A stretch of 64,000 nt of DNA from Methyloligellaceae bacterium. Lineage in GTDB: Bacteria; Pseudomonadota; Alphaproteobacteria; Rhizobiales; Methyloligellaceae. This document shows, piece by piece, positions 30,556 to 39,932 of the stretch. The stretch lies in NCBI GenBank assembly GCA_965228615.1, contig CBDDHT010000001.1, positions 242,371 to 306,370 of the forward strand, written 5' to 3'. Position 1 is the stretch's first letter. Each line of letters begins with the position of its first letter. A program made the position numbers and the translations under genes. The notes below the pieces were generated by a model, which searched no databases, had not been told where the DNA came from, and saw nothing but the letters and a program-made list of their open reading frames with translations.

Positions 30556-32826
30556 GTGACGCGATTTGTAAGGCTATTGATGTGTGCGTGCCCATTGATC
30601 GGCGGCGCCTATCTTCTTCACCAAGGACAACTTCTACCATTGAGCAAGCCGGCGCTTGCCGATGAGCGGAAAACACCGCCGGCAACGGGAACGGCTCATA
30701 ATCAGGGCATGCCCGTTCTCGCAGCTCAGTTGAAATCCTATCTGGCGTCCTCAAGCGGGGAGCCACAGGCGCGGCGGGTGGCTGCAAATGAAGAGAATGC
30801 TTCGCAGTCGGACGATCTCCTGGCGCCTGCTAGAACAAGCAACGATACTGAAAGCACGGCTGTAAAACCCGAAACCGGTGATGACCTTCTGTCCGGTCCC
30901 GAGGTTGTCGGCGGCAAGCCGCAACCGACCAATGCTTCTGATGATGCCGCAAACGCGCGCCAGATCGACGAGCTCCTGCAACAATCGGATGAGTCGGAAA
31001 AGAAGGCCAAGGAGAAGGCGCCGAAAGCCGCCGCTGCAGGCGACGGGGAGAAAAATTCTCTGTCGGCCGACGAGGAGCATCTCCAGCTTTTTGCAGAAAA
31101 CCGATATCCATCGGCCGCGACATGCGGGATCTGCCATCCCAAACACTACAAGGAGTGGTCGGTCTCCCAGCATGCTTACGCGCAACTGAGCCCGATCTAT
31201 CTCTCCCTCAATAACAAGATCAATGCTCTGTCGAATGGGTCGAACGGGGACTTCTGCCTTCGTTGTCACAGCCCGATCGGAGCGAATCTCGGCGAGAGTT
31301 CATTCGCATCGAATCTGGATCGCCATCCGGCCTCGCGCGAAGGTATCACCTGTGTCGTCTGCCATCGTATCAACAAGCCTTACAACAAGGTCAGCGGTCG
31401 TCTCGCACTCGTCGAGGGCGGTCTGACCGACCCGGTCTTTGGGCCTGACGGAAACTCGGGTGTGAAGCAGGTTCTGGACGATCCGAAGAAATTCCGCGTG
31501 GTCACCGACCCAAAGGAACCAGGCCGAAAAATCCACGCCAAGGCGAAGCTGTTCGAACCCATCAAATCAGCGACGTTCTGCGGCAGCTGCCACGACGTAA
31601 CCTTGTTCAACGGTTTTCGGCTCGAAGAGGCGTTCAGCGAGTACCGCGTCTCGCCCGCTGCCGCCAAGGGGATTACCTGCCAGGACTGCCATATGGGCAA
31701 GATCCAGGGGAAGGTATCCGGTTACGCGCAAGGGCCTGCGGCTGTCGTCGGCGGCGTGCCGACAAAGAAGCGCAAGCTCACCAGCCATCTCTTCTCGGGA
31801 CCCGACTATCCGGTCATTCATCCCGGGATCTTTCCGCATAACCAGGAAGCAGCCGCCTTTAAGACGTTGCGCCAATGGTTGGAGTTCAAGCACAAGGAAG
31901 GATGGGGCACCGACAAGTTCGAAGACTCGGTTCCCAAAGGATACAAATTCCCGAAAGCGTGGCAGTCAGTCGATGATCGCTATGACGCGCGTGAAATTCT
32001 CAACAAGCAGTTCGAGCTTCTCGAATTTGCCAAGCGGAAGCGTCTCGAAGTCCTGAAGGTTGGCTTTGTCCTCGGCGACATTGAGGTCAAGAAGTCCGAT
32101 CCGAGCGGTATCAAGTTCCGCGTGCAGGTCAGAAACGGCACCGACGGACACAATGTGCCGACCGGGTTTACCGGTGAGCGGCTGATCTGGCTGGACGTGA
32201 CGGTCAAGGACCGCGACGGCAAAGTCGTCATGCGCTCTGGTGACCGCGATCCAAGCGGTGACGTGCGGGATAATCATTCCGCCCATGTTCACGCCGGGAA
32301 GGTGAAACTCGATAAACAGCTCTTCAGCTTGCAGTCGCTTTTCGTCACGCAGAATGGTCGCGGCGGAGAAATCGAGCACGTTATCCCGATCCCGTTCCCG
32401 AGCTTTGCCTTGCCGCGCGTGCTGCCATCGACAACGTCGCTTATTTTTACCGGCGAGCCGGCAACGGAACGAAACCACAAGAAGGGTATCGAGCCGAATG
32501 GCGAGCGTTGGGCGACGTACAAGGTCAGCAGGTCCGCAATGACCGGCAAAGGTCCATACACCGCGACGATCAAGCTCAAGGCCCAAGCCGTGCCGATCAA
32601 TCTCCTGCAGGCCATCCAGAGTGTCGGATTCGACTACGGGATGACACCGAAAGAAGTCGGCACGGAGCTGATCGCCGGAACGCAGGTTCTTTGGAAGAGG
32701 CAGATCAAGCTTGATGTGACGCCGTCACAGACAACTCGTCCGCTCGTGGCTCCGTCCGTTCAGCGATCCGGATCGAAGGAGAGGAGAGGAGAGGGTCTGT
32801 CGTGGGACGATGCCAACGGCGGATGA
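30556..32826 (+). CDS. secreted pentahaem c-type cytochrome
   Basis: Five CXXCH motifs (CGICH, CLRCH, CVVCH, CGSCH, CQDCH). The GTG at 30556 has GGGGAG 8 nt upstream and yields the signal peptide VTRFVRLLMCACPLIGGAYLL..ALA. Start is uncertain (TTG 30529 or ATG 30580 are possible). Confidence 0.8.
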   Translation: MTRFVRLLMCACPLIGGAYLLHQGQLLPLSKPALADERKTPPATGTAHNQGMPVLAAQLKSYLASSSGEPQARRVAANEENASQSDDLLAPARTSNDTESTAVKPETGDDLLSGPEVVGGKPQPTNASDDAANARQIDELLQQSDESEKKAKEKAPKAAAAGDGEKNSLSADEEHLQLFAENRYPSAATCGICHPKHYKEWSVSQHAYAQLSPIYLSLNNKINALSNGSNGDFCLRCHSPIGANLGESSFASNLDRHPASREGITCVVCHRINKPYNKVSGRLALVEGGLTDPVFGPDGNSGVKQVLDDPKKFRVVTDPKEPGRKIHAKAKLFEPIKSATFCGSCHDVTLFNGFRLEEAFSEYRVSPAAAKGITCQDCHMGKIQGKVSGYAQGPAAVVGGVPTKKRKLTSHLFSGPDYPVIHPGIFPHNQEAAAFKTLRQWLEFKHKEGWGTDKFEDSVPKGYKFPKAWQSVDDRYDAREILNKQFELLEFAKRKRLEVLKVGFVLGDIEVKKSDPSGIKFRVQVRNGTDGHNVPTGFTGERLIWLDVTVKDRDGKVVMRSGDRDPSGDVRDNHSAHVHAGKVKLDKQLFSLQSLFVTQNGRGGEIEHVIPIPFPSFALPRVLPSTTSLIFTGEPATERNHKKGIEPNGERWATYKVSRSAMTGKGPYTATIKLKAQAVPINLLQAIQSVGFDYGMTPKEVGTELIAGTQVLWKRQIKLDVTPSQTTRPLVAPSVQRSGSKERRGEGLSWDDANGG

Positions 32827-32895
32827 CGTTTAAGACTGCGCAACGGACAACGATCTGATTGCGAAAAACGCGTTTCGAAAACGAAACCGACAGGG

Positions 32896-34545
32896 ATGAA
32901 GTCAGGAATGAAGCAACTTGTTCGCACGAGGAGTGTTCCCTATGCCGCAACACTCCTCTTGGGATTGGCCCTCCTTGTGGCCGGTACGGATCCGGGGCTG
33001 ACCCAGTACAAGCAGAAGACCTATAAGCCACAGAAAACGGAGAAGTCGGGCAAGTCCGACAAGCTGGTAAAGCATGAGGAGAAGAGACCTTGGTATCGCT
33101 GGTTCTGGCCGCTGGGAGACCGCGTCGAGGTCGAGGAACTGAAGGACGAGTATGTTCCGTTCAAAACGGAGAAGGGCCTTCAGACGCCGGACCAGAAACA
33201 TGATACGGCGGACTTGAAGAACAAGGTATCCGATGCAGAACCAGGCCCGGGCGGAAAGGACACGGCCCGTCTTCCGTCCCGCCCCAAACTCCTTCTTGAG
33301 TTGGGGAACGGCTTTCTGGATACGGGTAATCTGTCACCGGGCTTTGAAGTGCCAATTATTGGTGCGGTCTGGCAGCCGCGGCTCTGGGCTTATCTGATCA
33401 ATCGAACGGCCTTCCAGTCCTTCGATAGCGGCCGGTCGGGCGCTGAGCGCGAGACGGAGATCGCCAACCGTCTGGACTTTTTCGCAAACCTTCAACTGAC
33501 TGGAACGGAAAAGATCCTGCTGGGTATCCGCGCAACGGATAACAACCGGCCTGATCGATTTACCCGCTACACGTTCGACGGGGCCAGTGAGGGCTTCAAC
33601 GACGAGTTCACGGCCAGCGTCGAGACTCTGTTTTTCGAGGGAGATATCGGCAGTCTCTTCCCGGTTATCGATAGGCAGGGTGTGAGGCCCTGGGATCTCG
33701 GCTTTACCGTCGGTCGCCAGCCGCTCGTCTTTCAGGAAGGGATCCTGATCAACGATACAATCGATGCGGTCGGTCTGATCCGCAACAACATCCCGTTTCC
33801 AGGCACATCGAACTTCAGGGTCTCGGCCATGTGGGGCTGGAACCGACTCGATCGCAACGACATCTCGCGCGATCCGGGCGATGAAGACATGTTCGGTCTC
33901 TTCATCGCCGCAGATACGCATCTCAGTACGTACAATCTCGATCTGATCTATGTAAACGACTCCGGTAATGGCGACGGGCTCTATATCGGTGCATCGGCGA
34001 TCCAGCGTCTTGCGGTGCTGGGCGGCCTGAGTACCGCATTCCGGATCAATACATCGATTGCTCTGGAAGACGAGATCCCCGGCAATGTCGTTGGAAACGG
34101 ATCGTTGTTGTCAGCCGAGTTCTCGAAGAACGTCAAAGAGTCGGACGACATCGTCTACTTCAACTCCTTCCTGGGGATCGGTAACTTTACCCAGGCCGGC
34201 CGCGAAGCGGTTGTCGGTGGCCCTTTGGCCAATACGGGCATTCTGTTCGCCTCGCCAAGCCTCAGCACCTATCTGTCGGAGCTTGATCCTTTCACCACGA
34301 ACAGCGTGATCGGTGGTGCCGTCGGCTATCAGGCATTCTGGGACAACAAGCGGCGGAATCTCATTCTCGAAGTGGCAGGCCGTCACGATCTGAGCGGAGA
34401 CGGCTTCGACAGCGTCGCCATCGGCGCGCAATTGCAGCAGGCGCTTGGGCGCCATGTGCAACTGCAGTTCGAGACCTACTACGCCCTCAATGAAGACCGC
34501 CCGGATGGTTACGGGGGCCGTGCCGAAATACAGGTTGTCTACTGA
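32896..34545 (+). CDS. putative outer-membrane beta-barrel protein (porin/alginate-export-like)
   Basis: Sec signal (AATLLLGLALLVAG). The rest is rich in alternating hydrophobic/polar beta-strand patterns, G/N/D turns and aromatic girdle residues. C-terminus is ..AEIQVVY. The family name was not verified. Confidence 0.5.
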   Translation: MKSGMKQLVRTRSVPYAATLLLGLALLVAGTDPGLTQYKQKTYKPQKTEKSGKSDKLVKHEEKRPWYRWFWPLGDRVEVEELKDEYVPFKTEKGLQTPDQKHDTADLKNKVSDAEPGPGGKDTARLPSRPKLLLELGNGFLDTGNLSPGFEVPIIGAVWQPRLWAYLINRTAFQSFDSGRSGAERETEIANRLDFFANLQLTGTEKILLGIRATDNNRPDRFTRYTFDGASEGFNDEFTASVETLFFEGDIGSLFPVIDRQGVRPWDLGFTVGRQPLVFQEGILINDTIDAVGLIRNNIPFPGTSNFRVSAMWGWNRLDRNDISRDPGDEDMFGLFIAADTHLSTYNLDLIYVNDSGNGDGLYIGASAIQRLAVLGGLSTAFRINTSIALEDEIPGNVVGNGSLLSAEFSKNVKESDDIVYFNSFLGIGNFTQAGREAVVGGPLANTGILFASPSLSTYLSELDPFTTNSVIGGAVGYQAFWDNKRRNLILEVAGRHDLSGDGFDSVAIGAQLQQALGRHVQLQFETYYALNEDRPDGYGGRAEIQVVY

Positions 34546-34605
34546 CATCTGCGCCGCTGCACGAAGTCTGAACGATGGCCGACAGCGAATGAAGGAAACG
34601 ATGAC

Positions 34606-35889
34606 ATGCAGACATCATTGATGATCGAGATCGGCGGACTGCTGATCATGAGTGCTGCGACACTCAAGGCCGCGGCGAGTGCGACAGCTCTGGCAGGACG
34701 ACGAATGAAGCTGTCTCGTCTCAACAAGGAATATATTCGGGAGTTCGATCGGCTGGCGGCCCGCAGTTTCCGAGCACAATCAGCCAAACGATTGACGCAT
34801 GAACAGGCGTGGCAGGGCACGCGCAAGTTTCGTGTCGAACGGAGAATTTACGAGGATCATGCGAAAAGCGTCTGCTCATTCTATCTTGTGCCTTACGATG
34901 GGCGGCCGCTTCCACCCTTCGAAGCGGGGCAGTTCCTCACCTTCAAGCTAACCGTGCCCGGACAAAAGCAGACGGTCGTTCGCTGCTATTCCCTGACCAG
35001 TAACCCGGCAGAGCAGCGTTACTATCGCGTGTCGATTAAGCGGATTGCGGGGGCGCCAGGCGATGCCGCAGTCCCGCCAGGGATCGCGTCGAACTACTTC
35101 CACGATCATCTGCGGGAGGGAGCCATTGTCGAGGCTTATGCGCCTTCAGGCGACTTCGTCCTCGATCGGAGTTCGGAAAAACCAATTGTCTTTATCGCCG
35201 GGGGGGTCGGGCTGACTCCGTTCATGAGCATGCTGCACCAGTTAAGTGCCGAAAATTCACCGAGGGAGGTGTGGCTCTTCTATGGTACGCGCAACAGCGG
35301 CGAGCATCTCATGCGGGGGCATCTCGAACATGCCCGCAAATATCATCCCAAATTCAGGACCGTGATTGCCTATAGCCGGCCAACCAAGGCCTGCCGGCGC
35401 GGCGTCGACTACGACGTCGCAGGTCATATAGGCGCTCCTCTCATGGAGCCTCTGCTGAAGGCGAGAGAGTGCGAGATCTATGTTTGCGGCCCTGGAGGGA
35501 TGATCGACACGGTCACACGGGATCTCGCCCGCCTCGGAATTCCGCAGGAGAATGTGAAGCTCGAAAGATTTGCCGAGGCGACGACAGGGCGTGAAGGCAC
35601 GCCTCCGCCCGATCCGAATGTGGAGAGTGGCGGTCGCTTCAAGGTTGCGTTCGTTCGGTCCGGCGTGACGGGAAACTGGTCCGCGGACGGCGGGTCTCTT
35701 CTTGAGTTCGCGGAAGCCGAGGGCATCAAGGCTCGTTGCGGATGCCGCCAGGGGATTTGCGGGATGTGCGCGACGCCGGTTCGGCAGGGCGAGGTCACTT
35801 ATCTCAGCCGTCCTGCAAAGGAACCGGCGCAGGGCACCTGCCTGCCGTGTATCACTCGGCCGAAGAGCGATTTGGTTTTGGAGCTGTAG
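34606..35889 (+). CDS. membrane-anchored FNR-type flavin reductase with C-terminal 2Fe-2S ferredoxin domain
   Basis: N-terminal TM. FAD/NAD modules (RCYSLTS, FIAGGVGLTPF). C-terminal cluster motif CRQGICGMC...C. Confidence 0.8.
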   Translation: MQTSLMIEIGGLLIMSAATLKAAASATALAGRRMKLSRLNKEYIREFDRLAARSFRAQSAKRLTHEQAWQGTRKFRVERRIYEDHAKSVCSFYLVPYDGRPLPPFEAGQFLTFKLTVPGQKQTVVRCYSLTSNPAEQRYYRVSIKRIAGAPGDAAVPPGIASNYFHDHLREGAIVEAYAPSGDFVLDRSSEKPIVFIAGGVGLTPFMSMLHQLSAENSPREVWLFYGTRNSGEHLMRGHLEHARKYHPKFRTVIAYSRPTKACRRGVDYDVAGHIGAPLMEPLLKARECEIYVCGPGGMIDTVTRDLARLGIPQENVKLERFAEATTGREGTPPPDPNVESGGRFKVAFVRSGVTGNWSADGGSLLEFAEAEGIKARCGCRQGICGMCATPVRQGEVTYLSRPAKEPAQGTCLPCITRPKSDLVLEL

Positions 35890-36004
35890 CGCCAACTGGG
35901 GAGGCTCGAAAGAGTCTCCCACTTTTTTGGCGGTTTATGGTTGCGTTGGGATCTCTGGTGGCAATCGCTGGATCGTGCCGTTTGGCTGGTGCGATATGGT
36001 TTGA

Positions 36005-36100
36005 TGGTGCCGTGGTTTTAGATTTGAGTTTATTTCGCTCACGGCTAATCCGCGCTTTGCGCGGGCCTCCGCGGGGGCGCCCTGACCGGGCGGCGGCCAC
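36005..36100. repeat. inverted partial copy of the 181-bp repeat unit
   Basis: gatttgagtttatttcgctcacggct..ggcctccgcggggg..cctgacc is the reverse complement of the unit core at 36240-36320. Confidence 0.85.
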
Positions 36101-36200
36101 TTGGCCTTGCCTCGCTGGTCGCTCGGTTATTCATGGTTCCATGAGAGATGGTGCCGTATGGCTGGTGCTATGCGGCACGATTTTCAGTGTGTCTGAGACA

Positions 36201-36720
36201 ACCGCGCCATAGTGGCGCGGCAAGCGCGACCGCGCGCCGGCCGGTCAGGCCGCCCCCGCGGAGGCCCGTGCCGTAGGCACGGAACAGCCGTGAGCGAAAT
36301 AAACTCAGATCTCCAACCCACGACACTATCCCACCGGACAGCACCGGCGTATTTCTCCAATGCCACACGTGAACAAGGATCACCGCGCCATAGTGGCGCG
36401 GCAAGCGCGACTGCGCGCCGGCCGGTCAGGCCGCCCCCGCGGAGGCCCGTGCCGTAGGCACGGAACAGCCGTGAGCGAAATAAACCCAGATCTCCAACCC
36501 ACGACACTATCCCACCGGACAGCACCGGCGTATTTCCCCAATGCCACACGTGAACAAGGATCACCGCGCCATAATGGCACGGCAAGCGCGACTGCGCGCC
36601 GGCCGGTCAGGCCGCCCCCGCGGAGGCCCACGCCAATGGCACGGAATAGCCGCGAGCGAAAAAACTCAATTCTCAAACCACGGCACCATCCCACCGTGTC
36701 GCACTGGCCAAAACAACCTC
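36201..36720. repeat. tandem array, about 2.9 copies of a 181-bp GC-rich hairpin-containing unit
   Basis: The anchor accgcgccata recurs at 36201, 36382 and 36563. Copies 1 and 2 differ at only a few positions; copy 3 is diverged and runs up to the stop of the decahaem gene. Confidence 0.9.
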
Positions 36721-36724
36721 CGCC

Positions 36725-39157
36725 TCACTTCTTCACGCCGGGAATCTTCGTCATCGTAATCGGCGTCGTGACGCCATCCACATGATAGGTGTGGCACAGA
36801 AGACAATCTTCGCGCGCGACATTGTTCCCATGGCATTCGCTACAGGTCTGTTTTTTTACGGGCTTGAAGTTGGAGCGAAAGTTCTTCGGATCATGCGCCT
36901 TGTAGCTGTCCATGAACCCCGCCTTGTCGTCCAGCGCGTGACAGGTCAGGCACCCGCTCTTGCCGGCAACCAGCCCGAAATGCGGTTCATGATTGAACGC
37001 CGTGAACTTGCTCGCCCGAGTGTTGAGCGATGACGGGCTCCAGTTGACGCGGCGACTCTCGCCTTTGCCCTGATCCACACTGTGGCATTTGGTACATTGA
37101 CCCTGAGCGTCCTTGCTGCTGAGGAGTGCGAATACGGGAGCGACAAGATCGAGCTCCTTAGGACCTGAAAGCCGCCCGGAGAAATCCAGCCAGGAGCGCA
37201 AGAATCCATCGGCATGTCCTGTGGGCTTATAAAGAATCGCGTAGTCCATCCGATACCAGCCACCGAACTCGGCCCAGCTCTCAGGATCGACGGTTGTCGT
37301 ATCACTGGCGCGATCGATCTCCGAGGGCTCTTCTCTTGCCTCGGTTTCTTGAGCGGCCGTTTCGGGCTTCGATTGTTGATCCGGTTCCGCCGCTTCAACC
37401 GGCTCGTCTTCGGGTTTATCGCGTTGTTCTGTGTCTTCGGCACTGTCCGTGTTCTCGGCAGGTCTGTCACCCTTGACGAGATTACCGAACGCATCGATCC
37501 GCCAACGTTCCGACGCCACTCTTGTGCGGTGGCGCGAGGGCTTGGTCTCTATCCGCGATTCTCTCTTAGGTGCTTCTTTGCCTGGCGTAGCAGCGGGCGG
37601 TGCGGTTGTGTCTTTGTCTGGCTCAGGCGTATCGGCGGCACCTGCCAGTCGGTCTCGCATTTCCTGGCCAAGATTGGGGAGCCATTCGCGCTGAGCGTTC
37701 ACGAAAACGTCGTGCGGCATATTAGCCGTCAGTTTCGCGATCAGGTCGGCGTCGATCTCGGCTTCGGACGCTGCTCCAATCTTGTTCAGCACTTGCGACA
37801 TCTTTGATGTCACGAGTGAATAAACAAGGGATTTGATTTCCCAAACCAGGCGTGTGACGGCTTTCAGTTCCAGATCCGATGCTTCGGTCAAATCGAGCAG
37901 GTCGAGATCAGCGATTGTCTGGAGCATCGCGCGTCGCTCTTCATCACGCCCTATGAGCAGCTTCATCAAAGGCGTTATTTCCGCCTCCGATTCAACTGGC
38001 CAAGTACCGATCTGCGCATTCTTCTCCTTCAATGTCTCGACATCGAGACCGGGAAGCGTAAGGAGCGCGATCCCTTTTGGCCCTGTGGCGCGGTCGTCAC
38101 CGACGATCTGGCCGAGATGGCATGAGGAACAAGCCTCGGCAAAGGGTTTGACGGCCATATGCCGGCCTTCCGTGCCGCTCGTGTGGCAATCGGCACAATC
38201 ACCGGGAACGGACTCTTTTTCTTTACCGCCTTTGGCTGTCAGTTCGGGGAAGTGCTTTCCGAAATGACCGCTATGATCGAACGCAATCCGCGTGCGCCGG
38301 CGGAACGGGAAATTGTCGAATTCGGGGTGGTCTTTGCTGAAACTGCTGAATTGCATCTTGTGGCAGGTATGACATCGCGCATCGGACATGGTCGTGAGAT
38401 CGACCATTTTTCCCTGATGCTCCTGATGGCACGAGGCGCAGAAGATGTCGCTTTTTCCAGAGGCGTCGATGGGGAACAAGGTGCTGGACAATCGTGCAAA
38501 GGCAGATGCGGACTTCGATGTAACCTCCGGCTCGAACGACCTACTGATCTGCACCAGCTGCGCTTCGCTCAATCCATGCGGTTTCAGCTCCGAGCCCGGC
38601 ATTTTGTGGCATGTCAGGCACGCCCGACTGTCTGCTGTTGAATCCGCTGTGGCCACAATTGAATGGATCCAGCCAAGCTGGCCGTCTCCGACATTCGTGT
38701 GGCAACTCTTACAGTCACCAACCGGGCCGTGTGCTGTCGTGAGCGGTCCTGGGCCCAGAATCTTCGGGTCTTGTGCATATGTTAAGAGCAGTGCGACGGC
38801 GCCCGCCGATACGGCTGCCACCCATTTCGCCACGAGTTCCCGCCTCGCACGGAGTGTGCGGACCGGCTTGCATGGCGGCTCGGCAATCCGGCAGCTTCCG
38901 TCCTCGTTGGGACCATCGGCACAGGGGCCGCCATCGGCGTCGCGGCGCTGGCAATGCCATTCCGAACCGCTCTTCTCGGGCTCACAGGCAAAGCGCGAAC
39001 CGCAGCGCCCACGAGCACTCGGTCCCGCTCGGCAGGCCTCGTTCGGACCGAGGCGCCCACACATCCAGGCGTGGACAGCGCGGTCCTGGCTCCTGGGGCC
39101 GGCCTTCGGTTTGCGGTTACGGAACAGCTGAGGAATACGCATAGACAGCTGCCACAT
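36725..39157 (-). CDS. membrane-anchored decahaem c-type cytochrome
   Basis: Ten CXXCH motifs (CKSCH, CLTCH, CASCH, CHTCH, CADCH, CSSCH, CTKCH, CLTCH, CSECH, CLLCH). One TM (VAAVSAGAVALLLTY) follows a Cys-rich N-terminal segment. Start is uncertain (39157, 39142 or 39064). Confidence 0.8.
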   Translation of the reverse strand: MWQLSMRIPQLFRNRKPKAGPRSQDRAVHAWMCGRLGPNEACRAGPSARGRCGSRFACEPEKSGSEWHCQRRDADGGPCADGPNEDGSCRIAEPPCKPVRTLRARRELVAKWVAAVSAGAVALLLTYAQDPKILGPGPLTTAHGPVGDCKSCHTNVGDGQLGWIHSIVATADSTADSRACLTCHKMPGSELKPHGLSEAQLVQISRSFEPEVTSKSASAFARLSSTLFPIDASGKSDIFCASCHQEHQGKMVDLTTMSDARCHTCHKMQFSSFSKDHPEFDNFPFRRRTRIAFDHSGHFGKHFPELTAKGGKEKESVPGDCADCHTSGTEGRHMAVKPFAEACSSCHLGQIVGDDRATGPKGIALLTLPGLDVETLKEKNAQIGTWPVESEAEITPLMKLLIGRDEERRAMLQTIADLDLLDLTEASDLELKAVTRLVWEIKSLVYSLVTSKMSQVLNKIGAASEAEIDADLIAKLTANMPHDVFVNAQREWLPNLGQEMRDRLAGAADTPEPDKDTTAPPAATPGKEAPKRESRIETKPSRHRTRVASERWRIDAFGNLVKGDRPAENTDSAEDTEQRDKPEDEPVEAAEPDQQSKPETAAQETEAREEPSEIDRASDTTTVDPESWAEFGGWYRMDYAILYKPTGHADGFLRSWLDFSGRLSGPKELDLVAPVFALLSSKDAQGQCTKCHSVDQGKGESRRVNWSPSSLNTRASKFTAFNHEPHFGLVAGKSGCLTCHALDDKAGFMDSYKAHDPKNFRSNFKPVKKQTCSECHGNNVAREDCLLCHTYHVDGVTTPITMTKIPGVKK

Positions 39158-39929
39158 GAAGGAGAATGAAGACGATCATGCAATAGGTTGCGGGGATGTG
39201 GATGAAGAGCCAGATCTGAAGCGCGCCCTGGTGTGCGTAATGCGAGTCGAGCGCATCCTTCTCAATGACGAATTCTCTGATCTCGTTGAGGAGCTTTCGT
39301 CCGGACTCGTCGACATATTGATCGACCGAATCGATCTCGTCACAGAGTCTTCTGAGCGGTCGTTTCGAGCCTCTGAGATGCGAGAGGAGATTGCGCGGCT
39401 GATGGAAAAAGGCGTGGAGCTGACCGGAATAGAGTTCCGAGATGGCCATCGATCCGGCATGGTTGACCGAGTCAATCGCAAGAGCGCCGGCCTGCTTGGC
39501 GAGCATGGATTGGAATGCCGGAATGCGTTCGAACGCGATCGGCTCGGTTTGGCGCTCCAGCTTGGTCGGAATAGCCCAGGTCAGATAGGCGCCAACCACA
39601 CCACTGGTTGCGACAAGCAAGAAGAGCAGCCAAAGGACCCATTCGAGGAAATAGTCGGGCATGGAAAAGCTGGTGTGAGAGAGAAAGGCCGCAATCACGA
39701 AATAGCCGACAAAGATGTGCGCATTGAGCCACGATGCCGCCGGGCCGACAGACAGTGCGGCCGACTTCTTGCGCAGATGGAAGAAGAACTGCCCCGCAAT
39801 GCCGGCGGTCAAGAACCAACCATCCAGGTATCTCGGGTCGCGAAGCGCCGCGTCATAGAGCCCGACGAGCCAATAGAGCAGCACGATCGCGGCCAGGGTG
39901 ATTGCGATATTTTGCAATCCGTATCTCAT
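39117..39929 (-). CDS. integral membrane protein, unknown family (possible b-haem carrier)
   Basis: About 5 TM helices then a ~110-aa soluble tail. Lies 3 nt after the upstream stop and overlaps the downstream cytochrome start. Confidence 0.6.
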   Translation of the reverse strand: MRYGLQNIAITLAAIVLLYWLVGLYDAALRDPRYLDGWFLTAGIAGQFFFHLRKKSAALSVGPAASWLNAHIFVGYFVIAAFLSHTSFSMPDYFLEWVLWLLFLLVATSGVVGAYLTWAIPTKLERQTEPIAFERIPAFQSMLAKQAGALAIDSVNHAGSMAISELYSGQLHAFFHQPRNLLSHLRGSKRPLRRLCDEIDSVDQYVDESGRKLLNEIREFVIEKDALDSHYAHQGALQIWLFIHIPATYCMIVFILLHVAAVYAYSSAVP

Positions 39930-39932
39930 GAC

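Noticed and set aside
36168-36694. Three overlapping minus-strand ORFs with near-identical peptides (..LFRSRLFRAYGTGLRGGGLTGRRAVALAAPLWRG..)
   Set aside because: The repeated peptides are simply translations of the 181-bp tandem DNA repeat. The ORFs overlap each other in different frames and lack starts with ribosome-binding sites.
36201-36720. Possible CRISPR array
   Set aside because: The period is 181 bp with no unique spacers between short repeats, because the whole unit repeats. No cas genes are nearby.
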